NCBI RefSeq assembly: GCF_037902255.1
Contig: NZ_CP147990.1
Span: forward strand, 930,001-962,000
DNA length: 32,000 bases
Direction of reading: 5' to 3'
Source of the DNA: Candidatus Electrothrix sp. GW3-4
Lineage (GTDB): Bacteria; Desulfobacterota; Desulfobulbia; Desulfobulbales; Desulfobulbaceae
The position numbers and the translations under genes were made by a program. Shown in pieces: positions 15,908 through 23,649 of this stretch. The notes beneath the pieces were generated by a model. The model did no database searches. It had not been told where the DNA came from and was given only the letters and a program-made list of their open reading frames with translations. Within the stretch, counting starts at the first letter, position 1. Every line of letters starts with the position of its first letter.

Positions 15908-17209
15908 TTACTTGGTCATGAAGTCAGCGTAGGCATGAGATCCGTGCTCGCCGTAATCCAGCCCCTCAATCTCTTCCTCTTCGGTAACCCGGAGGCCAAC
16001 GGTCATTTTGATGACGGTGAAGAGGATGAACGCGCAACCGAAGCTCCAGGCAAAGGCCGCACCAATACCGATCAGCTGGGTGGTGATGATCTTGGCAGTT
16101 ACCCCTTCCATATTGAACAGGCCCGCAGCCAGGGTACCCCAGGCGCCGCAGACACCGTGGACAGAGACCGCACCCACCGGATCATCAATGTGCATGCGAT
16201 CGATGATGACCACCGAGAGGACCACCAGGACACCAGCGATTGCACCGATAATGGCAGAGCTGGTCGGGCTGACATTGGCACAACCGGCAGTGATACCGAC
16301 CAGGCCAGCCAGGGCACCGTTAAGGCTCATACTGATATCCGGCTTCTTAAACATAACCCAGGAGGTGAGCATACCGGTAACGGCTCCGGCACAGGCAGCC
16401 AGATTGGTGTTGACAAAGATCATGGCGATGTCGGTGATGCCAGCGGTGGTGGAACCGGGGTTGAAGCCGAACCAACCCAGCCAGAGGATAAAGACGCCCA
16501 CAGCTGCCAGCGGGATGTTGTGACCAGGGATGGCCTTTACTTCTCCTTTTTTACCATACTTTCCTACGCGCGGTCCGATAACAATGGCACCGGCCAGGGC
16601 GGCCCAGCCACCGATGGAGTGAACAACCGTGGAGCCAGCAAAGTCGATGAAGCCCATACCTTCGAGCCAACCACCACCGTGGAACAGGCTGCCCCAGGCC
16701 CAGCTCCCGAATACCGGGTAAATAAAGGCGCAGAGTGCCGCGCTGTAGATCAGGTAGCTGGTGAATTTTGTCCGCTCAGCCATTGCCCCGGAAACGATGG
16801 TAGCAGCTGTTGCGGCAAAAACACACTGGAACATCCAGAAGGCAAGGACCCAAGGATCACCGCCAACCTTGAAATCGCTGAGGAAAAAACCGTCGGTTCC
16901 GAACCAACCTGTACCGCTGGTCCCGAACATCAGGCCAAAACCGATGGCCCAGAAGAACAGAGAACCCATGCTGAAGTCCATCAGGTTCTTCATCATGATA
17001 TTAATGGCGTTCTTGGCCCGGGTAAAACCGGCCTCAACCATGGCAAAGCCAGCCTGCATAAAGAAAACCAGGGCGGCAGCGACCAAGGTCCACACGTAGT
17101 CAAGGTTGGTCTGTACACCCTGGGCAGTGGGCTCGTCACCAGCACCAGCAAGGGTTGGTAACAGAGAGAGAGCAAGCAGGGCTCCGGTTAGCAGCGTTTT
17201 TTTCTTCAT
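15908..17209 (-). CDS. amtB: Ammonium transporter
   Basis: 433 aa from ATG 17209 (RBS AGGTGAG); the track ORF uses GTG at 17218. It has a signal peptide, then LDYVWTLVAAALVFFMQAGFAMVEAG, and is polytopic throughout. Confidence 0.93.
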   Translation of the reverse strand: MKKKTLLTGALLALSLLPTLAGAGDEPTAQGVQTNLDYVWTLVAAALVFFMQAGFAMVEAGFTRAKNAINIMMKNLMDFSMGSLFFWAIGFGLMFGTSGTGWFGTDGFFLSDFKVGGDPWVLAFWMFQCVFAATAATIVSGAMAERTKFTSYLIYSAALCAFIYPVFGSWAWGSLFHGGGWLEGMGFIDFAGSTVVHSIGGWAALAGAIVIGPRVGKYGKKGEVKAIPGHNIPLAAVGVFILWLGWFGFNPGSTTAGITDIAMIFVNTNLAACAGAVTGMLTSWVMFKKPDISMSLNGALAGLVGITAGCANVSPTSSAIIGAIAGVLVVLSVVIIDRMHIDDPVGAVSVHGVCGAWGTLAAGLFNMEGVTAKIITTQLIGIGAAFAWSFGCAFILFTVIKMTVGLRVTEEEEIEGLDYGEHGSHAYADFMTK

Positions 17210-17245
17210 TATTCTCACCTTGTTTCTATATATCCTAAGAAAAAA

Positions 17246-17419
17246 TTATATGGTTTTTCGACTTTTCATAAAAAAGATCAAGGCACCGGCGATCAGATTC
17301 CAGATATAATCAAGATTCGTCTGTACAGTCTTCGCAAGGGATTCATCAGCAGGAGCAACAAGGGTCGGTACCAGCGCCAAGGCAATCAGGATTCCTGTTA
17401 TCAGATTCATTTTGTTCAT
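17246..17419 (-). pseudogene. Truncated paralogous amtB 5' fragment (57 codons)
   Basis: Not in the ORF track because it is under 60 aa. Minus-strand translation gives MNKMNLITGILIALALVPTLVAPADESLAKTVQTNLDYIWNLIAGALIFFMKSRKTI*. It aligns with amtB residues ...LLTGALLALSLLPTLAGAGDEPTAQGVQTNLDYVWTLVAAALVFFMQAG. It has a good RBS (GGAG at 17428-17431). Confidence 0.7.
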
Positions 17420-17473
17420 TTTCTTTCTCCTTCACCGAGCAAACAGTGCCTTTGTTCTCTTCTTTTGGCGATG

Positions 17474-17944
<471 letters not shown>

Positions 17945-18246
17945 TCAATGTTATGATGAAAGGGAGAGGAGTTGGCTGGAGTTGTTGTTTCTGGCGCATG
18001 TTTTTCAGTATTGTAATGTTTAGCCAATTTTGAAGCTCTGCTATTTACAAAAGTGTTTAATCATCTACTCTGGTGTAGGTTGGTGTAACGGGGAAGGATG
18101 ATTCAGGGAGGGCTGCAAGAGGGATCCTTTGTTTTGCTGTTGACGTAGGCTTGTTCTGGCTGTATATGCTCCTCAGCATTGTGCAATGTGTATCGTTAAT
18201 GTATACCATAACCCTTCAAGCGAGCGGGCTTTTCCCGTAACATCCT

Positions 18247-18621
18247 ATGGAAACAACCAACCCCTGCCTGACCTGTGGGGCCTGCTGCGCCTTTTATCGG
18301 GCCTCTTTTTACTGGGCAGAAACTGCGTCTGGTACACCTGGCGGCGTCCCGGATCATTTGACGGAAAAAATGAATGACTTCCGGGCCCAGATGAAGGGGA
18401 TGAAAGGACCAACCCCTCGTTGCATTGCCATGACTGGCGAGATCGGGAAAAGTGTGTGTTGCTCAATTTACGAGCAGCGAGCTTCCGTCTGTCGTAATTT
18501 TCCACCATCATTGCTTGACGGGGTGCTCAACGAGCGTTGTGATCGGGCCCGGCTGGCCCACGGGTTGAAGCCGCTTACGCCTGAGGATTGGGGAGTTGAG
18601 GATTTTCCCCGAGCGGCTTGA
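18247..18621 (+). CDS. YkgJ-family Cys-cluster protein (CxxCxxCC type)
   Basis: 124 aa, with N-terminal NPCLTCGACCAF and a later RCIAMTGEIGKSVCCSIYEQRASVCRNF. Confidence 0.75.
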   Translation: METTNPCLTCGACCAFYRASFYWAETASGTPGGVPDHLTEKMNDFRAQMKGMKGPTPRCIAMTGEIGKSVCCSIYEQRASVCRNFPPSLLDGVLNERCDRARLAHGLKPLTPEDWGVEDFPRAA

Positions 18622-18695
18622 GGTGGCAACGTAAGTGTTAAGGAGGGTGTGGAGCGGATATGTTCCGCTGTGAGGATTAATGCGGGTTGCACAAC

Positions 18696-18953
18696 TCACT
18701 GCGGGCGGCTGACGCATTCATACCTCCTTGGAATACCCTTGCTCCTCTTGCCACCAATGACCTTGATGACTTGGCCGATATCACAGCTGCCGTCATTTTC
18801 TACATACACAATTTGCTTATAAGATAGGGTGTACTTCGCAGGTATTTTTTTCAGGATCTTGTTGCGACTGTCCTGCTGACATCCTGTCAGGAAGAGCATG
18901 ACGAGAGGGATGAGCGCTGCATTCGATAGGAAGCACTTCATTGCGTTTTCCAT
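18696..18953 (-). CDS. Small lipoprotein
   Basis: 85 aa from ATG 18953, which is 1 nt after the radical SAM stop, with RBS AGGAG. MENAMKCFLSNAALIPLVMLFLTGC contains the lipobox LTGC. Confidence 0.65.
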   Translation of the reverse strand: MENAMKCFLSNAALIPLVMLFLTGCQQDSRNKILKKIPAKYTLSYKQIVYVENDGSCDIGQVIKVIGGKRSKGIPRRYECVSRPQ

Positions 18954-18954
18954 C

Positions 18955-20829
18955 TCAGGTGTTCTCCTGCCAATAGAACTCGATATTCTGAAAGGGTAAA
19001 TTGATCGCCTGGAGATGATAAAAGGCGTTCTTGCGGTGCTTGCTGTAATGATATTCCCGCAAGGCCTTGGTGGTGATGAAGAAAATATTCCGCACGCCAT
19101 CTATATAGAATGGGGCATGACTGATCAGTAGCTGGGAGATATCCAGCACCGCATAGTTCCCTTCCTGTTGGGCAGCAGCAAGAAAGGCATTTCTGTAGAG
19201 TGAATAGTCAAAGATATGTTCCTGCTTGCTGCGCTGCTCATCGCCATAGACCACGGTGGTATCCCGCAGGAGCATCAGATGAACATAGTTATTGATTTCA
19301 TCGTCGCAGGCAAGGCGGAACACATCCTCACGTACTCCCAGCAGGACCGCACTGCTCTGGTCCAGTACCTCAATATCCATTTCATTTTTCAGGATTGCCG
19401 AGTGCAGACGGTATTCCACTCCGTTTATCCGCAGAAAGAAGAGCTCGTTGCTGTACAGGGCCTGGAGTTTTGCATCACGGCGGATGATCTCATGCAGAGT
19501 ATTGGTGTCAGCAAAGAGCTCCGGGCTGATGACCCGTTCCTTTTTCGTGTAGGGCTGTTTCAGCTTTTTCAGATTATTATTGAGGAAAAGGCGTTGTGCA
19601 TAAGCGGTGATTCTCTCTGGAGGCAGAGGAGGCCAGCGGTCCGGCGCATCCTGATAGAGCTGCTTTTGCAGCAGGCAGGTGTAGCTTTTTGTGAGCCCGG
19701 TTTCCTGGCGGACAAAGGTACAGCCCAGGTTGCAATGCGCTAGCCATGGGCAATGAGCGCAGTTGTCATCAATATCGAGCAGGTTTTCGTTACGCTCCAT
19801 CATATTCCAGCCATTGTCAATCACCGCCTCCACGCCATCTGTGAAGATATTGCCGTAGCGATATGCGGGTGATGACTGACCACGTGGGCAGGAAAAGACC
19901 TCGCCGTCAAACTGGAGCAGGAAGAACTTGCCCCCGCAGTTGACTGAGGAACAGCAATATTCCGGGGTGAACTCTTTGAACCACTCGGTGCGCAAGGCGT
20001 TTTCCAGGGGGGTACCAACAAAGGCCTTTTTCACCGCCTGATAGAATCGGACCTGTTCCGCATCGCTGAGCATGGCCGCCCCTTGGTCCTGTTGCTGAAA
20101 TTTACTTCTGTTTTCACCAGAGTCAAAACCGAACATGACGTTGAAGCGGCTCATGTCCAGGCCGATTTCATCATGGAGATGCCTGATCTCGGCAATGAAG
20201 TCATCAACCGCCTCTAAGTGGGCGCGGGTGACCACGCAGGAAATCTTCTTGTTATGGGGATAGGCGGCCAGCAGCTTAAGGTTCTCGCGGATCTGGTTCA
20301 AGGTCGAACGGCCTTGCTTGTCCCGGCGGAACTGCTCATGCAGGCGGAGGGGCAGATCCACGCTACCGCTGATCGAAACCCGGTGTTTGACAAAGACATC
20401 CCAATGCCGCTGAAAATCAAAGAGGTTGGTCTTGATATGCGGAGGGCTGACCCGGAAGCCCTGAGCCTTAATCTCCTCCCCATAGCTGGCGTAATGGCGG
20501 GCGGCAATGCTGAAGAGGCTGTCAAGCAGCTCTGAGGGAAGGGTGGTGACCTCTCCGCCATGAAAGGAGAGATTAAAGGGCAGGTAACCATGCGCCAGCA
20601 GCTGCTCCAGGGCCGTGTTCAGGGTGCCGAGCACCTTGTCCGGCTCTGGTCTGGCAGCGGTCAGGTCACCCAGATAGCAGTAGCGGCAGCTCATATTGCA
20701 GAATTTAGTCGGCACATAGAGCAGGTGGATAGCCTTGCGGAACGGGCTTGCGGTCTGATGTGTTTTCCGATCTGTTGGTGACGCCAGATCGACTGCTTCC
20801 TCCCGTGTATCAGCTTGTGTATCTGTCAT
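18955..20829 (-). CDS. Radical SAM/SPASM-domain enzyme with a ~220-aa C-terminal extension of unknown function
   Basis: 624 aa. Motifs: CNMSCRYCY (CxxxCxxC), SFHGGEVT, and the SPASM-like CCSSVNCGGKFFLLQFDGEVFSCP...YGNI...CAHCPWLAHCNLGC. The C-terminal third carries no motif I recognise. Confidence 0.85.
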   Translation of the reverse strand: MTDTQADTREEAVDLASPTDRKTHQTASPFRKAIHLLYVPTKFCNMSCRYCYLGDLTAARPEPDKVLGTLNTALEQLLAHGYLPFNLSFHGGEVTTLPSELLDSLFSIAARHYASYGEEIKAQGFRVSPPHIKTNLFDFQRHWDVFVKHRVSISGSVDLPLRLHEQFRRDKQGRSTLNQIRENLKLLAAYPHNKKISCVVTRAHLEAVDDFIAEIRHLHDEIGLDMSRFNVMFGFDSGENRSKFQQQDQGAAMLSDAEQVRFYQAVKKAFVGTPLENALRTEWFKEFTPEYCCSSVNCGGKFFLLQFDGEVFSCPRGQSSPAYRYGNIFTDGVEAVIDNGWNMMERNENLLDIDDNCAHCPWLAHCNLGCTFVRQETGLTKSYTCLLQKQLYQDAPDRWPPLPPERITAYAQRLFLNNNLKKLKQPYTKKERVISPELFADTNTLHEIIRRDAKLQALYSNELFFLRINGVEYRLHSAILKNEMDIEVLDQSSAVLLGVREDVFRLACDDEINNYVHLMLLRDTTVVYGDEQRSKQEHIFDYSLYRNAFLAAAQQEGNYAVLDISQLLISHAPFYIDGVRNIFFITTKALREYHYSKHRKNAFYHLQAINLPFQNIEFYWQENT

Positions 20830-20850
20830 TATCTCTTATTATCTGTCGTC

Positions 20851-21687
20851 TCACGCTGCGAACCACCAGAAGTAGAGCAGGAGCCCCACATTGAGAAGCA
20901 GAAAGGCTACTCGCATTATTTGGTTCCATGCGTCATTCCGGGCTGTTTGGATAATATTTCTTTTGAATTGAATGGCTTCCTTCTGAACAAGGAGGAAAGA
21001 GGGATATCCCAAACGGCGGGTCGGCCTGATGAAGAGGCGGCCATCCCGATTGCGGGTAAGCCTGCCTTGGGCGGTAACACGTTCGTTATGGAGGATAAAG
21101 TGCTCTGTGAGCTGATACTTTTTGTATTTGGTTTTATTCTGAACCTTGACCTGGGGCGGGCATTGCGCCTGGGTCTTTTCCTTGTTGTGGAGAGCGAGGG
21201 CGCTCTTGGTGAACTCATCAACCTGAATATAGACCCGGTGGTCCTTGTCTGCGAGTTCCACCTCGTCAGCAGACTGTTCACGGAGCAGTGGCTTGCGCAC
21301 GGTTTCCCAGCCTCTGCCCGGTTTTTTCGCTTTGACCTCCCATTCAGCAGCCACCAGCGCGCTGTAGTAAGCACACTCTTTGTTGCTCAAGGGCAGGCGC
21401 TGTGTCTGCCCCTCTGTTATCCTGCCTTTGAAGCGGACATAGCAGTCTGTCAGATCCGGGCTGAACGGTGCCGGATTTTCAGCCATCCAGGCCCTTCTTT
21501 TGAATACCCCGATTTTGCGCCATTGGCAGGAGGCTATGATCAGGAACAACGCTGGCAGGACGTACGGGAAGAGGATACTCGGCAACCCGCGTTCAGCACC
21601 GGGGGCGTTATGAGACTGCAAGCTGATGTATTGAAGGACTGCTGTGAGCAGAAGGAAAAGTATGCTTATGAATATGTTCGCGATCAT
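20851..21687 (-). CDS. Membrane protein: 2 N-terminal TM, ~190-aa soluble domain, C-terminal TM (possibly GIDE-like)
   Basis: 278 aa from ATG 21687 (RBS GGAGAA 8 nt upstream); the track ORF uses TTG at 21711. TM segments are IANIFISILFLLLTAVLQYI, ILFPYVLPALFLIIA and VAFLLLNVGLLLYFWWFAA. The core CYVRFKGRITEGQTQRLPLSNKECAYYSALVAAEWE recalls the GIDE-family pattern, recalled from memory only. Confidence 0.6.
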   Translation of the reverse strand: MIANIFISILFLLLTAVLQYISLQSHNAPGAERGLPSILFPYVLPALFLIIASCQWRKIGVFKRRAWMAENPAPFSPDLTDCYVRFKGRITEGQTQRLPLSNKECAYYSALVAAEWEVKAKKPGRGWETVRKPLLREQSADEVELADKDHRVYIQVDEFTKSALALHNKEKTQAQCPPQVKVQNKTKYKKYQLTEHFILHNERVTAQGRLTRNRDGRLFIRPTRRLGYPSFLLVQKEAIQFKRNIIQTARNDAWNQIMRVAFLLLNVGLLLYFWWFAA

Positions 21688-21707
21688 CGTAGCATTCTCC
21701 GGTTTCC

Positions 21708-22148
21708 TCAACCGTTATTTCCGTTGTTTCCGTTATTATTGTTGTTGTTATTGTTATTATTATTGTTGTTGTTATTGTTGTTACTGCTGAAGCCGGAATC
21801 CCAATAGATCCCTGTTGCCCCGCTATTCTTTTCTCCCTCCGGGCCGAGGTAGTAGAGCGGATCAATTCGGGTGATCCGTTTGCCGTCAAAGCGGAGATAG
21901 TCTGTGCCCTTAGCGCCGGGCAGCGTTTTTGCCGTGCTCATGCCATCAGTGGTAAAGAGATAGAGGGTATTATTGCGGAAGAGCACGTAAGGGTAGCGCC
22001 GCTCATAAACACGCAGATGATTGACAATGATATGCCGAGCCCTTGCTGTGTCTTTGATGCCAGTTTGGCGTAGATAGCTGCCCAGCTTTTTTTTCATTAC
22101 CTCCTCATCTTTAATCGCTGAGGATGATTCCATTTCCAGATTTATCAT
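21708..22148 (-). CDS. Hypothetical protein with a C-terminal poly-Asn tail (N17-GNNGNNG)
   Basis: 146 aa. It is the first gene of the operon and lies 20 nt upstream of the next gene. The tail is encoded at 21711-21782 by mixed AAC/AAT codons. Confidence 0.6.
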   Translation of the reverse strand: MINLEMESSSAIKDEEVMKKKLGSYLRQTGIKDTARARHIIVNHLRVYERRYPYVLFRNNTLYLFTTDGMSTAKTLPGAKGTDYLRFDGKRITRIDPLYYLGPEGEKNSGATGIYWDSGFSSNNNNNNNNNNNNNNNNNGNNGNNG

Positions 22149-22204
22149 GACGCGCTCCCCTGCGCTGGGAATGTTATGAGGGAAGAAAGTTTACCGAATA
22201 CCTT

Positions 22205-22233
22205 AGCGTAGGGAGGTGGAGGCTATTTGTCAA
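22205..22233 (-). promoter_or_regulatory. Sigma-70-type promoter of the poly-Asn/radical SAM operon
   Basis: The minus strand reads TTGACA (22233..22228), 17 nt, TACGCT (22210..22205), preceded by AT-rich CAATATATTATTC. It lies ~55 nt upstream of ATG 22148. Confidence 0.55.
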
Positions 22234-22382
22234 GAATAATATATTGTTGCAGTTTAGTGAGAAAGGGTAAGGGGGAATACGTATCGTTTTGAAATTATGT
22301 TTGTAAAATTCAGGATGATTTGATTTTGATATAAGAATGATAATTCTTTCTATGTATCATCTTGATATGAAAGATTTTTTTA

Positions 22383-22411
22383 TTGACAGGGGAGCTGGAA
22401 CACTGTAGGGT
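22383..22411 (+). promoter_or_regulatory. Sigma-70-type promoter
   Basis: TTGACA (22383-22388), 17 nt, TAGGGT (22406-22411), preceded by a T-rich UP-like tract. Confidence 0.5.
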
Positions 22412-22417
22412 CTTTTC

Positions 22418-22750
22418 GCATTGAAGTGGCAGGCGACAGCCGTACCTAAAGGTGTTTTATACTGGGCACAGCTGATGTTTATATCATCCATCGCCATGAA
22501 GAAAACGTTGCTTCAATTCTCTGTCGTCCTTTTTCTCAGGCGACAAAACAGAACGGTCATGAACCGTTCCGTATGCATCATGACAAAGGCAAACCTTAGT
22601 TCAACTAAGCGGGTGCCCTGCTTTCCGATCGGAAACGGAAAGCTGATAAAGCCACAGCCGTCGCGAGGCGGTGTCGGAAAGCCACGGATCTCCAGGGAGG
22701 AGACAGCCGGGTTGCCTGCTTTACCTATAACCTATATCGGGAGGTATGTT
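22418..22750 (+). other. Long structured 5' leader; a possible riboswitch or cis-regulatory RNA, class not identified
   Basis: About 330 nt lie between the predicted promoter and the strong RBS/ATG at 22751. Stable hairpins: GAACGGT/ACCGTTC (22551-22569), CTTAG-TTCAA-CTAAG (22595-22609), GCTTTCCG/CGGAAAGC (22620-22643), and ACA(G)CCG/CGGTGT. The motif AAAGCCAC(A/G)G occurs twice. Confidence 0.3.
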
Positions 22751-23041
22751 ATGAAATCTTTATTCTATTCAAGTACATTTTCCAAACGTAACAACACATC
22801 ACTTGCACCGTCCTCACCTTTGGCTACTCGTACAGTGCCGGTTAGCGGCTTTAAGCTGGATAAAAAGAACAGTGTAGGAAAAGAAAAGAATAATCGGGCA
22901 GTCCGTCGCAATACCCGTTTTTCGCCTGGCCTGCTCCTTGATTACACCCTTTTTTCCTACATATTGGCAGTTGATGCAGGGCTGACAGCAGAAGTATTTC
23001 TCCGCGACCGGCTACGGGGCAAGAGAAGTCTTCCGGCATGA
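22751..23041 (+). CDS. Hypothetical small protein (96 aa)
   Basis: An internal ATG of track ORF 22421..23041, with a strong RBS GGGAGG 6 nt upstream. No recognisable domain. Confidence 0.3.
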   Translation: MKSLFYSSTFSKRNNTSLAPSSPLATRTVPVSGFKLDKKNSVGKEKNNRAVRRNTRFSPGLLLDYTLFSYILAVDAGLTAEVFLRDRLRGKRSLPA

Positions 23042-23198
23042 TAATCAAGTAACACAGTTTAAAGAACTGATCGGGTTTCGATTGCAGTGCCCCGCACCCG
23101 GTCAGTTCAATGGACTTCCCTGCTACCTCCCTATCTCCAAAAGCATTGCTAACAGATACGCAATATTCCAGGTTCAAGGGCGTTTGGACAGAGCCCCA

Positions 23199-23649
23199 TT
23201 AGCCGAAATCAACCTCAAGAAGAACAAGAATACCTGGGGTCCAGCTATGATCCTCCTCCTTGCGCCAGGTAATTCGAGGGGCCACTTCAAACACCAGCCA
23301 TTCACGCCAAAATCGATAGCGGTAACGAACCTGGCAAAGCGTTTCCGAGAGCGCATACGAGGGACGGGAAAGGAAATGGTTGCTTAAGGAGTATTCAAGG
23401 GCCTGATCCTGATTCAGGGGCTGAAATAGAGAAAAGGTGAAGGTGTGAGGATAGCCCAGGGTCTGCTCGTTCCAGTTCCCATCCAGGGTCAAGCGGAGGA
23501 GTTTGTTGGTAAAGACCTCGCGTTCAAGGTCGAAACTGGTCTTGGATTCCCAGCCGCGATTGTCATACCAACGAAGATTTTGGGTTACTATGGCCCGATA
23601 GTCTTTGAGGGGCCAATTTTGCTGATAGTGCAGGCCCAGATAACCATGG
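23199..23649 (-). pseudogene. C-terminal part of a secreted/outer-membrane-like protein gene split by an IS
   Basis: It reads ...HGYLGLHYQQNWPLKDYRAIVTQNLRWYDNRGWESK...LVLLEVDFG*. It is rich in alternating aromatic strands. It joins in frame with 25400-25926 once the IS and one copy of CCATGG are removed. Confidence 0.7.

Noticed and set aside
15809-17161. 450-aa ORF on the plus strand
   Set aside because: It is antisense to amtB. It is Gly/Asp/Thr-rich with no motif, so it is a shadow ORF in a codon-biased membrane-protein gene.
20815-21807. 330-aa plus-strand ORF ending in a poly-Leu run
   Set aside because: It is antisense to two well-supported minus-strand genes. The poly-Leu is simply the complement of the poly-Asn codons.
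22418-22750. Specific call of a c-di-GMP-I or cobalamin riboswitch
   Set aside because: Only fragments of each consensus are present. The GNRA/receptor and GGGAA...GTGAAA cores are missing. It is kept only as an unclassified structured leader.
22421-22750. Upstream 110 codons of track ORF 22421..23041
   Set aside because: The start is TTG with no RBS. The segment is hairpin-rich and its composition is not protein-like. Only the part from the RBS-preceded ATG at 22751 is kept, and at low confidence.
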